The notes under the pieces: generated by a model
Databases searched by the model: none
Told to the model about the DNA's origin: nothing
What the model saw: the letters and a program-made list of their open reading frames with translations, nothing else
Virus record (IMG/VR): IMGVR_UViG_3300038462_000024
Span: 1 to 60,481 of that record
Length of the DNA: 60,481 nt
Origin: a virus
Taxonomy: Duplodnaviria; Caudoviricetes
Strand: one strand, 5' to 3'
Translations under genes and position numbers: made by a program
Part shown: positions 36,866 through 46,750 of the stretch, in pieces
Layout: the number at the start of each line of letters is the position of its first letter
Numbering within the stretch: the stretch's first letter is position 1

Positions 36866-37806
36866 GCAGCCAGTATCTACGAAAGGTCGGGCTGGTGGTG
36901 GCTACGGGCAGCCAGGGCCTGGACCTGTCTAATATGCAAATGCAGTTCGCCACCCAGCAGGCCGATCAAACCGCCCCCAACACCGCATATATCCGGGTGT
37001 TTAATCTGAAGGACTCTACCGCCAAAGCTATTCAAAACGAGTTCCAGACCGTATCGCTCCAGGCGGGATATGAAAACGGGAACTATGCCCAGATTTTCAA
37101 CGGGCAGATTATGCAAGTAAAGCGCGGCCGGATAGACGCGGTTACCAAATACCTGGACATCATGGCCTCAGATGGGGACTTATTTCACCATTTCGGGTTT
37201 ATCAATAACACGCTCGCGGCGGGCAACACCAGCGCGGCCAACCAATACGCGGCCATCCAGGGGGTGGCTACGGGCACCGGGGTGAATGAACACCCCAATA
37301 ATGCTAGTGCACTCGCCGCTACGGGCGGCGTGCTGCCCAGGGGCAAGGTACAGTTTGGGCTGGCGCGGTATCAACTCGATAAGCTCACCGCATCCAAAGC
37401 CATGTCGTGGTATATCAAGGATGGGCAATTAATCCTCAAGCCCCTAACGGGGTATTTGCCGGGTGAGGCGGTAGTGCTTACCTCCAAGACGGGCATGATT
37501 GGTATACCCGAAGCCACCAACCAAGGCATTGAATTGAGGTGCTTGCTCAACCCCCTTATTAGCGTTGGGACCCAAGTTAAACTGGACAACAAGTCCATTA
37601 ATCAGACGACGCAACGCCAGTTCGGCGGGCTGTACCCCGGCTGGACAGATATTAACTTCTTTGCCTCCACGGCGGACGATGGGGTTTACCAAACTATCGT
37701 GGTCGAGCACTTCGGCGATATTCGCGGCAACCAATGGGAATCCCACTTGACCTGTCTCGCCTTAGATAAGAGTTCAGGCGCGGGCAGCTCGATTAGGGCA
37801 TATTAA
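36862..37806 (+). CDS. Baseplate hub protein
   Basis: A.IRVFNL, LQAGY, IF.GQI, GMIGIPE, CLLNP. Confidence 0.8.
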   Translation: MSSQYLRKVGLVVATGSQGLDLSNMQMQFATQQADQTAPNTAYIRVFNLKDSTAKAIQNEFQTVSLQAGYENGNYAQIFNGQIMQVKRGRIDAVTKYLDIMASDGDLFHHFGFINNTLAAGNTSAANQYAAIQGVATGTGVNEHPNNASALAATGGVLPRGKVQFGLARYQLDKLTASKAMSWYIKDGQLILKPLTGYLPGEAVVLTSKTGMIGIPEATNQGIELRCLLNPLISVGTQVKLDNKSINQTTQRQFGGLYPGWTDINFFASTADDGVYQTIVVEHFGDIRGNQWESHLTCLALDKSSGAGSSIRAY

Positions 37807-38480
37807 TGGACCGGCGCGAACGGTATAACAACATGGTTGTCGCGGTCCGGGCGATGCTCCACCAGGAGCGGGCAGACATGTGGACGGCGCTCCCGGCCAT
37901 TGTTCAGAGCTATGACCCTACTAAGGTTTCCGTATCGGTTCAACCCTCAATCATGGGGCAATTCCGGCAACAAAACGGCCCCAATGCGGATGAGGCATGG
38001 GTAGACGTCAAGTTACCGGTATTGGTCGACTGCCCTGTGTTCTTCCCAGGGGGTGGGGGCTATCTCCTGTCGTTTCCGTTGGCCAAGGGGGATGAGGGCG
38101 GCGTGATTTTTTCGGCGCGTTGTATTGACGCCTGGTGGCAATCGGGGGGAGTTCAGCGCCAGGCCGAACTCCGGATGCACGACCTGTCGGACGGAATGTT
38201 TATTCCGGGGTTGTTTTCCCTGCCGCGTGTGCCCGTTAACCTTTCCAACACCGACGTGCAACTAAGGAATATGGCGGGGGATTGCTCGGTTAGTATTAAC
38301 CCAGCTAAACAAATAGTCATAGTCGCTCCGGGGGGCGTAGCAATTCAAGGGGCGTTGACTGTAACTGGGGACATTACCGGGGGGTTGGGTTCGGCGGACC
38401 AGGTTGGGTTGCGCACTCACACGCATTCGGGCGTATCAACGGGCGGGGCGCAAACCACCGCACCAGTGGCGGGAACATGA
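37806..38480 (+). CDS. Baseplate central spike (gp138-like)
   Basis: ALPAIVQSYDP, RMHDLSDG; C-terminal HTH(S) metal-binding tip. Confidence 0.85.
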   Translation: MDRRERYNNMVVAVRAMLHQERADMWTALPAIVQSYDPTKVSVSVQPSIMGQFRQQNGPNADEAWVDVKLPVLVDCPVFFPGGGGYLLSFPLAKGDEGGVIFSARCIDAWWQSGGVQRQAELRMHDLSDGMFIPGLFSLPRVPVNLSNTDVQLRNMAGDCSVSINPAKQIVIVAPGGVAIQGALTVTGDITGGLGSADQVGLRTHTHSGVSTGGAQTTAPVAGT

Positions 38481-38833
38481 GAGTCAGGGCGGAAGACAGC
38501 AACGGCGATTACACATTCGGGCGCGGCTCGGGAAACTTCCTGGTGGATACGCCCGCCGTGGTTGGTCAACTGGTTGCCAACGAGCTGGGGCTCATGGAGG
38601 GGGAATGGTTTCTAGACAAGACGGCGGGCACCCCCTGGTGGCAAAAAATAATCGGGTATGGCGGCAATTATGATACCGCGCTGCGCGGGGTGATCTTAGG
38701 AGTGAATGGGGTAACGGGGCTTACTAATTATTCAAGCACGTTGAGCCCGGACAGCCGCGCGTTGACCGTAGTTGGAAATCTCCAGACCGTGTTTGGCCCC
38801 TTTCCTTTAACCGCAACCTTGCCGGTGGTGTGA
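38477..38833 (+). CDS. Baseplate wedge subunit (gp25-like)
   Basis: D.NGDYTFG...GEWFLD..AGTPW. Confidence 0.75.
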   Translation: MRVRAEDSNGDYTFGRGSGNFLVDTPAVVGQLVANELGLMEGEWFLDKTAGTPWWQKIIGYGGNYDTALRGVILGVNGVTGLTNYSSTLSPDSRALTVVGNLQTVFGPFPLTATLPVV

Positions 38834-40048
38834 ATGACGCTAGCGCTTCAAATCGGCCCGGCGGGGGCAACGGCCCCTAGTTACGCAAACATCCTGACTT
38901 ATTATCAGGACTCGTATTCGGGCATTTACGGTTCGGACAGCGACCTGACTGAAAAAAGTCAGGACGGCCAGTTCCTAGTTGTATTCTCACAGGCGGTGTA
39001 CGACGCCAACCAGATGGGGTTGGCGGTGTACAGTTCGTTTTCTCCAAGCTCGGCACAAGGGGCGGCCTTATCCTCCCTGGTAAAAATTAACGGTCTGCGC
39101 CGCAAGGCCGCCAGCCAGAGCACGGCCACCGTAACGGTTACTGGGGTTGCTAACTCAGTGGTTGTCAACGGGTTGGTGGGGGATAATATCAACCAAAATA
39201 CGCAATGGGCACTTCCGCCCACTGTTACTATCCCCTCGGGGGGCTCGATCTCGGCGGTTGCTACTTGCACCCTGGCGGGGGCCACGGCGTCCGCCGCCCA
39301 TACCTTAACCGAAATTCTGAACCCCCAATTGGGATGGCAAACGGCGGACAACGCCGCTGCGGCCACGATTGGCGACCCGGTGGAAACAGACCCCCAATTG
39401 CTGGCCCGCCAACAGATTTCCGTGGCTGCCCCCTCGATTACCCCGGTAGGATCCCTTCGGGCCAATTTGGCCGCGTTGGCGGGAGTGGGGCATGTTCAAG
39501 TATATGAAAACGATACCGGTGTTACGGATTCGCTCGGACTTCCTCCGCATAGCGTGTCGGCGGTAGTTGAGGGGGGCACGGCCGCTAGTATTGCCCAGAC
39601 GATACAGAACATTAAGTCGATTGGATGCAGCACGTGCGGCACCTCGTCATTAACTGTACTTGACCAAAACGGAATGCCCAAGACGATTAAGTGGTATCCG
39701 TTAGCCACTATTCCGTTAACTATTGTTGTGCACCTAAATGCGCTCTCCGGGTATAATTCCACTACGGCTACCTATATCAAACAGGCTCTTTCACACTTCG
39801 TATCGGAGTTCGGGGTTGGGGAAAGTTCATACCTTAGCCGCCTGTACAGCCCGGCGCAGTTGAAGGGGGCGGAGGCCGTGGCCGGGACCGGTTTGACGCA
39901 GACTCAGTTAGACGCGCTGTCTAACACCTTTTCGATTAACTCAATCCTGCAGGCGCGCACCGGTTCGCCCTCGGCCGCCAACGCTGTTGCTTCATTTTAT
40001 GAGATATTCTCGGCGGCCGTCGCGGACATCTCGGTTGTCTTACCATGA
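38834..40048 (+). CDS. Baseplate J-like wedge protein
   Basis: IYG...DGQF, A.G..L...NGLRR, ETD..L, YEND. Confidence 0.88.
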   Translation: MTLALQIGPAGATAPSYANILTYYQDSYSGIYGSDSDLTEKSQDGQFLVVFSQAVYDANQMGLAVYSSFSPSSAQGAALSSLVKINGLRRKAASQSTATVTVTGVANSVVVNGLVGDNINQNTQWALPPTVTIPSGGSISAVATCTLAGATASAAHTLTEILNPQLGWQTADNAAAATIGDPVETDPQLLARQQISVAAPSITPVGSLRANLAALAGVGHVQVYENDTGVTDSLGLPPHSVSAVVEGGTAASIAQTIQNIKSIGCSTCGTSSLTVLDQNGMPKTIKWYPLATIPLTIVVHLNALSGYNSTTATYIKQALSHFVSEFGVGESSYLSRLYSPAQLKGAEAVAGTGLTQTQLDALSNTFSINSILQARTGSPSAANAVASFYEIFSAAVADISVVLP

Positions 40049-40803
40049 CTGATTTCGTCGGCTACTGGGAAGAGCCGGGGGTTATTGCTAACGACTTGTG
40101 GTCCATCCCAGTCAACTGGACAACGGGCGTTGGCCCCGCCGTGGGCACCGTGGCCGCGTGGTTGAGCCGGGTTACGTCCAAGTTTCAAAGCAAACCCAAT
40201 TTCATGAACACCGTGGCGGTAACGGTGCAACCCCTGGCCGATACGTTAACCCAGTTAAGCCTCATTCCCTCATTGTATGACTTGGATTCGGCGGTGGGTT
40301 CCCAATTGGATGTCGTGGGGGAATGGGTGGGCATCACCCGGTATGTGCAGACTCCCTTAACTGGGGTGTATTTTTCTTTCGATACGGTAGGCGTTGGGTT
40401 TGATCAGGGGACATGGTTTGGCCCCTATGATTCCACGACGGGCGCTACCCGGTTGGGGGACGACACCTATCGAACACTGCTCCGGGCCAAGATCGCGGCC
40501 AATCACTGGGACGGCACGAAGCCGGGAGCTTATGCCGCCTGGGCGGCCCTATTCCCCGCTACGTTCGATGTGCTAATACAAGATACGGGGGGTATGCATA
40601 TGGCGTATGCCTTGCTCGGCCCCACTCCAGACGCCGTTACCTTGGCTTTGTTTACTCAGGGGTACTTGTCGTTGAAACCGTCTGGTGTTCAAATCGATGC
40701 GTTTATGACGCCATCAGTGCCCTCTACCCCCTATTTTGGATTTGACGCTCAAAACAGCTCGGTGTCGGGATTTGATGTCGGAGCTTGGGGCAACCTGAAC
40801 TGA
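40045..40803 (+). CDS. Baseplate wedge protein (DUF2612-like)
   Basis: DLDSAVGSQLDVVGEWVG...DDTYRTLLRAKIAANHWDG. Confidence 0.85.
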   Translation: MTDFVGYWEEPGVIANDLWSIPVNWTTGVGPAVGTVAAWLSRVTSKFQSKPNFMNTVAVTVQPLADTLTQLSLIPSLYDLDSAVGSQLDVVGEWVGITRYVQTPLTGVYFSFDTVGVGFDQGTWFGPYDSTTGATRLGDDTYRTLLRAKIAANHWDGTKPGAYAAWAALFPATFDVLIQDTGGMHMAYALLGPTPDAVTLALFTQGYLSLKPSGVQIDAFMTPSVPSTPYFGFDAQNSSVSGFDVGAWGNLN

Positions 40804-40812
40804 GGAGCCTAA

Positions 40813-42042
40813 ATGTCTACTGTCGATTTTCTTCCGTTTGCTAACGGTGCAACCAGCCCCAATGTCATCGACCAAGCCACCTATGTGGCTGCCCAGTCAA
40901 CCGGCCTGTGGGGAGACATTGGCTTCACTGCGGGCATCGCGTATTCCGATTATTTGAATAAGGTTTGGCGGCAGTCCTCAGTTATGTCCGCCGCCCTGGC
41001 CCATGCGATCTCGAACACCTTGGGTGTGGATGTTCTGGACCCCGGCGGCCCCTCGGCGGTCACGGCGTTAACCGCGCAGCTCTTGTCAACGATGGCCGCT
41101 GCGGCCGTGGCCTCGGCTCCGCCGGTTTCCCCTCAGGGCCGGTTGACCTTGACCACCAATACGCCCGTGTTGCAGGCTGACGTTACCGGGGCGACCGTCG
41201 TTTATTATACGGCGTGCGTGGGTAATTACTTGCCCATATGGAACGGCACCCAATTTGTTAACTACCAGTTCAGCTCGGACCTTACCTTGAGTTTGACGGG
41301 AGCGGCGTCAGCCAATACCCTTGTGGACGTGTACGGAATTAACCACTCGGGCAGCGCAGTGTTAGGCTTCAGCCCAGTTTGGGCTAATTCCACTCCGGGG
41401 ACATGTTCTCGGGGCACAGGCGCGGGCACCACTCAACTAGTTCGTACGGGGGGCCTATGGACTAATGCCAACACTATTACATTGTTGAACGGGGCCACTA
41501 CATATAGCGCCATACCGGCGGGACAGGCCACCTATCTGGGGTCCTTGTATCTCGACGGTACGGCAGGTCAAGTTTCCTGCCTGGGTGCCTTCGGGCAAAA
41601 TAGAAAATGGGGAGTTTGGAATACCTATAATAGGAAAACTACTGCTTTGCTGGGCGGGGACGCGACTGCATCCTGGGCAAGTGTTCCGGCCGCGTGGCGG
41701 CAATCTAACGCGGCGGCGGGCAACGCCGTGTTTTCGTTTACTGGGCTTCCCGAAGAGAGCGTAGGTCTTACATTTGGGCAAAACGTTGTGGTTCAGCAGG
41801 TTGGAGCTACACAATTCATTGGGATTGGGGTTAACTCCACAACGACCCCATCGGGGTTGCTGGCCAGCGTAGTCGGCGGGGTTTCCAATGCCATCGGTGC
41901 GACTATAACGGCTGCCCATAGGTTGCCGCCGTCTTTGGGTATAAACAAAATAAACATGCTTGAGTACGGCTGGGGCAACATCTATGGCATATTTTATGGG
42001 ACCAACGCAAGTATGCAGTTGACCGCTAGTTATATGAGCTGA
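40813..42042 (+). CDS. Tail fibre / receptor-binding protein
   Basis: DFLPFA...LNKVWRQSS baseplate-anchor N-terminus; beta-rich C-terminus. Confidence 0.8.
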   Translation: MSTVDFLPFANGATSPNVIDQATYVAAQSTGLWGDIGFTAGIAYSDYLNKVWRQSSVMSAALAHAISNTLGVDVLDPGGPSAVTALTAQLLSTMAAAAVASAPPVSPQGRLTLTTNTPVLQADVTGATVVYYTACVGNYLPIWNGTQFVNYQFSSDLTLSLTGAASANTLVDVYGINHSGSAVLGFSPVWANSTPGTCSRGTGAGTTQLVRTGGLWTNANTITLLNGATTYSAIPAGQATYLGSLYLDGTAGQVSCLGAFGQNRKWGVWNTYNRKTTALLGGDATASWASVPAAWRQSNAAAGNAVFSFTGLPEESVGLTFGQNVVVQQVGATQFIGIGVNSTTTPSGLLASVVGGVSNAIGATITAAHRLPPSLGINKINMLEYGWGNIYGIFYGTNASMQLTASYMS

Positions 42043-42100
42043 GGAGACTGCCCTATCTCTGGTATTTGAAGTTCTCAGGCCCCGTTTAGGATTTAAAACA

Positions 42101-42346
42101 ATGAAACCATCTTTTAGCATGTGGCTTAATGTTCTCGTCGCGGTGTTGGCTGGAATATCCAGCGGCGCTATCTCATTAACAGACATCCTAGACCCCGTAA
42201 CTGCCCATAAAATCGTGGCGTGGACCACGTTTTTGGTAGCAGTCATCGCCGTAGCCAATGTTGGGTTACATGGAATGTCCACCCCCAACCGGGGGCCGCT
42301 CCTTAAGTATCTTGAGGCGGACCCAAAGGGAACTAACGTTGATTAA
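42101..42346 (+). CDS. Holin-like small membrane protein
   Basis: Two hydrophobic segments; end of the late operon. Confidence 0.55.
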   Translation: MKPSFSMWLNVLVAVLAGISSGAISLTDILDPVTAHKIVAWTTFLVAVIAVANVGLHGMSTPNRGPLLKYLEADPKGTNVD

Positions 42347-42435
42347 ACGTCCGAACGTCGGGGGCGGCCTCATCGCGGGCGGGAGAGCGCGGCGGTCCTA
42401 ATATAGCGGGGGGAGGGGTCCCGCCCGTCCTTTAT

Positions 42436-42765
42436 CTACCCCTGCTCGCGGGCGGACCCCTCTCCTTCCTCGGGTCCCGCTCCCAGCCCCTTAAAGGCCA
42501 CCCAGCGCCGAGTAATTAGTCGAGTGTGTGTATCCCCAGTGGTGAATCTGGCCCCCCTCTCTATGTCCATTTCCAGATTATGGGCAGCCTTTCCCTCCCT
42601 CCAAAATCTTACCTTCCCTTTAAGCCCCTGTTTTAACAGTTCCCGGCACGCGGCGTGCTCGGGGTCGAAACTATGTGTTAGAGTTTTACCCCCGTAGACG
42701 GCGGCGTATTTGTATCCCCGGACTCCGGCGAGAGAAAGGGGGACAATGTACACGTCAATACACAT
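42436..42765 (-). CDS. Hypothetical protein (counter-oriented insert)
   Basis: AAGGA RBS, 109 aa; GC-rich hairpin at ~42408-42466 at its 3' end. Confidence 0.6.
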   Translation of the reverse strand: MCIDVYIVPLSLAGVRGYKYAAVYGGKTLTHSFDPEHAACRELLKQGLKGKVRFWREGKAAHNLEMDIERGARFTTGDTHTRLITRRWVAFKGLGAGPEEGEGSAREQG

Positions 42766-42792
42766 GTTGGTCCTTTTCAGCAGGAACGTCCA

Positions 42793-43146
42793 ATGGCTAC
42801 ACCGGACATCAAGGAGTGGGTGTACAAGCTCCGGAGTGAGATTACTACGACTCTTGGGCTTGTAAATTTTGCAATAATCTTTACATTGTTTCTTAACCAG
42901 TTAGGCGTGTTTGGGATTGGGACTCGAATATCCACTTGCGAAGTCCACGCGGTGGAATTCGAAAACCGCATAACTGCGGCATCTAACCGGCAGGACGCGT
43001 TCGAACGGGAAACCCGCGAGCAGCTAAGCCGTACGTTGGGTCAGTACCCCCGCTTTGAACAGAGTTTGGCCGCAATTAATGACCGGTTAAGTCAGTTAGA
43101 GTGGGGCGCGCCTAATCCGGGACGCCGGACTAAATCCCGGCCGTAA
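42793..43146 (+). CDS. Single-TM coiled-coil protein (lysis accessory candidate)
   Basis: One hydrophobic helix followed by coiled coil; AGGA RBS. Confidence 0.55.
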   Translation: MATPDIKEWVYKLRSEITTTLGLVNFAIIFTLFLNQLGVFGIGTRISTCEVHAVEFENRITAASNRQDAFERETREQLSRTLGQYPRFEQSLAAINDRLSQLEWGAPNPGRRTKSRP

Positions 43147-43149
43147 CTG

Positions 43150-43491
43150 TTATGTGCCGGGCTTGGTGGAAAATCCCGGCATTTGAACGGGGTCTATGCG
43201 GGCGACTGCGGGAACCCGTTCTCGCAGGGCCTGTTTAAATAAGTCTTTGATCTTATTTCTTAGGGCTATTGTGTCAACAGGTTTAGGGGTGGCCGTGGCT
43301 TCGCTCATAACTTCCCCCATCGCGGCGGCCATTGCGGCCACTTGGAGATCCCGAGGGTAAGGAGCCATTGAAACACTGAGGCCGTTTACCAAAACGGCTA
43401 TGTGGGGGCGGCACTGGTTGACCAGCCCCATAAAAGCCTGATTGGGGGGAAGAGGTGCGCCGTTAACTTTGGGAGCGGGGGACTCGGACAT
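43150..43491 (-). CDS. Hypothetical protein
   Basis: 113-aa ORF with AACCCAGGA leader. Confidence 0.7.
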   Translation of the reverse strand: MSESPAPKVNGAPLPPNQAFMGLVNQCRPHIAVLVNGLSVSMAPYPRDLQVAAMAAAMGEVMSEATATPKPVDTIALRNKIKDLFKQALRERVPAVARIDPVQMPGFSTKPGT

Positions 43492-43517
43492 TAAAAGGTT
43501 CCTGGGTTAAGACTAAA

Positions 43518-43554
43518 CAGCTCCGGCAATCGGGTGGCTAGACTGCCGGAGCTG
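43518..43554 (-). terminator. Putative terminator hairpin
   Basis: 11-bp stem CAGCTCCGGCA/TGCCGGAGCTG followed by TTT on the minus strand. Confidence 0.45.
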
Positions 43555-43588
43555 GAACGCTAGGTGCGTTCTAAGGTTTAAGCTCGGG

Positions 43589-43786
43589 CTAGTGGCGACG
43601 TTTGTTTAGCTCTTCTTGCGCTTTTCGCAGGTTTTCCGAGATTTGTTCCTGCTGCTTGCGTTGGGCCTCTTGCTGCTGCCGGGTTGTTTCCTGGCGCTGG
43701 CGTTCCTGCTCTTGCAGGCGTTTCAGGTTTTCCTGCACTTGCCGGGCTTGTTCGAGCAGTCTGCGTTGTTCGTCCTGGTCAGCCAT
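43589..43786 (-). CDS. Gln/Glu/Arg-rich coiled-coil peptide
   Basis: 65 aa; internal ENL(K/R) repeat; AGGA RBS. Confidence 0.65.
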   Translation of the reverse strand: MADQDEQRRLLEQARQVQENLKRLQEQERQRQETTRQQQEAQRKQQEQISENLRKAQEELNKRRH

Positions 43787-43819
43787 AACTGAAAATCCTA
43801 TATGTTAAGGAGTGGCAGG

Positions 43820-44101
43820 TTAGTCGCCGTAGTAGATTTCGCGGGACCGGCCGCGTTCCCAGCCCTGGTTTCCGTGGTGCCATTCGGTGTAGTACTCACC
43901 GCGCTGGCCCCTGTACCCTCGGAAGGTGCCCCCCTGGTAATAGTGGTCGCGGTCAAGATGCCGGGTGTAGTTCTGGCCCGCTTGCCAGGACTGGCTATAC
44001 CGCCACGGGGGCTCATATGTGGAGTATGTTTGCCAGTCGCCTCCTTGGGCAGTTGACCAGGAAAGAAGGGACAGGGCGGCGCAAGTAAGAAGTAGTTTCA
44101 T
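43820..44101 (-). CDS. Small secreted Trp/Tyr/Gly-rich protein
   Basis: Signal peptide MKLLLTCAALSLLSWSTAQG. Confidence 0.65.
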   Translation of the reverse strand: MKLLLTCAALSLLSWSTAQGGDWQTYSTYEPPWRYSQSWQAGQNYTRHLDRDHYYQGGTFRGYRGQRGEYYTEWHHGNQGWERGRSREIYYGD

Positions 44102-44158
44102 ATTTGAAATCCCTATGTGTGGAGTTTGAGGGGGCGTAAACCCCCTCAAGTTTGCAGT

Positions 44159-44512
44159 TTACTTAAGCGGCACAGCAACCGGGGGGTTGTAGTGGTGGCC
44201 GTAAGGGCGACCATAGCTGCCGTACGGGTTACCGCCCATATAGCCGCCCATATAGCCGCCGTACGGGACAGTAAGTCCCTGGGCAAACCCAAGCGGCTGG
44301 CCGCCCATGACCATTCCACCCAGAAGAAGCTGGAGGGGGACAAGCGGGGTAAGGACGCCGCCCGGATACCAGCCACCCATACCAATCATACCGCCGCCGT
44401 AAGCGCCGTTAAAACCACCGTTGTGGTGTCCGTGGGCAGACGCGGCCGAGAAGGGGGTTGCTGCCAGGGCGATAGAAGCCACTAGCGCTACAAATGCAGT
44501 CCTAAGTTTCAT
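44159..44512 (-). CDS. Small secreted Gly/Tyr/Met-rich protein
   Basis: Signal peptide MKLRTAFVALVASIALAATPFSAASA; GGYMGGYMGG; AAGGA RBS; hairpin at 44127-44150 downstream. Confidence 0.7.
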   Translation of the reverse strand: MKLRTAFVALVASIALAATPFSAASAHGHHNGGFNGAYGGGMIGMGGWYPGGVLTPLVPLQLLLGGMVMGGQPLGFAQGLTVPYGGYMGGYMGGNPYGSYGRPYGHHYNPPVAVPLK

Positions 44513-44783
44513 GTGAAAATGTCCTTCACTTGTTGTTTGAGCCGTTTTGCAAACGGTGCAGCGGTCGAACGGCTCCACGCCGCGCACATATGGAAGCCCC
44601 AGTGTACTCTGTTGCGCTCGGTCGATTTCCTGGGCAACGCGGTCAATTCGTTCCTGTATTGAACAGTTGAAAGAGCTGTTTTTAGGGGCCTTGCCGCTTA
44701 GCGAGGCGAAGATCAACCAATACCACACGGGGGCTCCTTTGTCAAGGTGGGAATAATCAAGTATATGGTGTACCCCGTGATAG

Positions 44784-45008
44784 TTAGTTCAGCGCCGGGC
44801 ATTCTAGGCGGTCCTCTTCAAACCCTGTGACAACTTGGGCATTTTCGCAACCTTCCTGGCGAAGTTTTTCTGCGTACTCTGCGGCTGCTTCAGGGGTTTT
44901 GAATGAACGAAAGAACCCCTCCCAACGGACTACCCGGCCCTCACGAAGGGCCTGCTTCCAGGCTTCGGCGCGGTCTTGCGCCGCTTGTTTATTGGATACA
45001 CGCCTCAT
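44784..45008 (-). CDS. Hypothetical protein
   Basis: 74 aa with AGGAGG RBS. Confidence 0.7.
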   Translation of the reverse strand: MRRVSNKQAAQDRAEAWKQALREGRVVRWEGFFRSFKTPEAAAEYAEKLRQEGCENAQVVTGFEEDRLECPALN

Positions 45009-45062
45009 GTTTGGCCTCCTGGGTTAAAGACTAAAAGGGAAGGGGCCGGAGCCCCCTCCTAA

Positions 45063-45884
45063 TTATTTGGCTTGCGTCAGTTGTTTCTGAAGCTTGTTAA
45101 TCTGCCGGGTAATAACTCCCCGGTCGCGGGCGGAAAGATTCCGGCCGGTCTTAGTGTCGGCCCAGTTCTTAGCAACGGATTTGACCCGCACCAAGGGAGT
45201 TACTGTCAATGCAACAGCCTTGGGAGAACGGCCCCCGGCCATCGCACCCAACCAGAAAATCGTGGTCAGGATTTCCAGCGCCAGCGCTTTAACTATCGGG
45301 TCCGCCCGGCCGACTGCGGCCGCGTCCAGACCAGTAACCCAAGCCACGGTAGCCGCCGTGGGGTCGGCCTCGCCAGGCCGACCCGATCGGAGAACTGCTT
45401 TATTAGCCTGAATTCTGCCGTCTAGCCCCTCAACTCGCACGCAAAACGCGCGCTGAGAACGGGACTGAGGGCGAGTGCAGCTAGCTGTAACGGACCAAGC
45501 CACGTCGAGCTTGGCTGTCTTGAGGTCTGAAAACAACTGGCTGTTTTCGTCGCGCGCGTTGTCATATTGCTCGATAACGCCTGTTTTAGCTTCCACCGAA
45601 TTGGTGCGGTGGAGTGCGGTAAACCCTACCGCGTTCAAGACGATGACCAGGAACGCTAGGGCGTAACCCCCGCGAAGTGCCCACATCGTTGCTTTGTCTC
45701 CGGCCTGCTTGGCCTGCGCCGCGCGAGGTAGTAGAAACCAGGACCCAACGACGACGCTCACAAAGGCCAAGCCGAAAACGTAGCCTTCCCAGGTGCTCGC
45801 CATAGTGAAGCCCATGCGAAATGCGGCGGTGCCGCAGTACAAGCCCGTGGCGGTGCCGCAGGCAGCTAGAATTACTCGGTTCAT
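45063..45884 (-). CDS. Multi-pass membrane protein with soluble coiled-coil domain
   Basis: 3 N-terminal hydrophobic helices, Cys pair, a further TM helix; AGGAG RBS. Confidence 0.75.
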   Translation of the reverse strand: MNRVILAACGTATGLYCGTAAFRMGFTMASTWEGYVFGLAFVSVVVGSWFLLPRAAQAKQAGDKATMWALRGGYALAFLVIVLNAVGFTALHRTNSVEAKTGVIEQYDNARDENSQLFSDLKTAKLDVAWSVTASCTRPQSRSQRAFCVRVEGLDGRIQANKAVLRSGRPGEADPTAATVAWVTGLDAAAVGRADPIVKALALEILTTIFWLGAMAGGRSPKAVALTVTPLVRVKSVAKNWADTKTGRNLSARDRGVITRQINKLQKQLTQAK

Positions 45885-45936
45885 GGTAGTATCTCCTATG
45901 TTGGTTTGAGCCTCTACGCCGAAGAATGCTGAGATT

Positions 45937-46214
45937 TTTGCAAGCGTCTCTTGAAGACGGCCCGGCTAAGGGCCGCCAGGGATGGGTTACGCATTTGCCG
46001 TCAGCAATTTGCTAACGAAAGCGGAAAACTCGCCGGGTGTAGAAGTTTCCGCTTTGATGCGCAGGATGCCGCGAAAGAACCCTTGATCTTTAGGGGCGGC
46101 GATAATCGGCACCAGCTTGTCTAAAATGGCTTCGATTTGTTTGGCGTCGAACTTGCGCGTATGTGTCATCGTCGTTCTCCTGGGGTTAGACCGTCCACAG
46201 GAGACGCTTGCAAA
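45937..46214. repeat. 24-bp imperfect inverted repeats flanking a 60-aa ORF
   Basis: 45937-45960 vs reverse complement of 46191-46214: 21/24 identical. Confidence 0.75.
45987..46169 (-). CDS. Small hypothetical protein inside the inverted repeat
   Basis: AGGAG RBS; first gene after a strong promoter candidate. Confidence 0.7.
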   Translation of the reverse strand: MTHTRKFDAKQIEAILDKLVPIIAAPKDQGFFRGILRIKAETSTPGEFSAFVSKLLTANA

Positions 46215-46263
46215 TTTGCTTTAGGGTGTCACGGCGATTGCCTGTCCAGAGCCTCTAAAAAAC

Positions 46264-46294
46264 AGTATACCACATCTGACAGGGGTTTGTCAAG
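46264..46294 (-). promoter_or_regulatory. Strong sigma70-type early promoter
   Basis: CTTGACA-N18-TATACT with TG extension. Confidence 0.7.
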
Positions 46295-46336
46295 CCCTGG
46301 AATACGCAAATACTCCGTGTCAGATGCGGCGCGTTG

Positions 46337-46720
46337 TCACACCTTTTTGGGCGGAGTCAGGTATTCGAATTTATGCCCCTTGTACAGTTCGAATTCCTCG
46401 ATTGGTATAACCTTCGCCGCTAGGTGGTTTTTAGCCAGGATTGTGGCAGATTTCAAATTGGGGCACCGGGCCAGTAACGCCATATGGCTGACGCCGCCTC
46501 GGTTTTCAAAACAGATTACGCCGTACGGGAATTTGTTGAATTTTATGGTCAATTCTTTCACCACTTGAGATACACGCCGGGTGCTGACACCCTGTTTACT
46601 GGCGATTTCCGATAGAAGCAAGCCCTCCTTTATTCGGGCGGTGTAAATGTCTACGTCCCGCCATTTGCGGGCATCCAGTTGCTGAGGGGTTTTACCGTAA
46701 ATTCTACCTGTGCTTAACAT
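46337..46720 (-). CDS. HTH DNA-binding protein
   Basis: LLSEIASKQGVSTRRVSQVV HTH. Confidence 0.65.
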   Translation of the reverse strand: MLSTGRIYGKTPQQLDARKWRDVDIYTARIKEGLLLSEIASKQGVSTRRVSQVVKELTIKFNKFPYGVICFENRGGVSHMALLARCPNLKSATILAKNHLAAKVIPIEEFELYKGHKFEYLTPPKKV

Positions 46721-46750
46721 CGAAACACTCCGATTGGTTGAACTTAAAGC

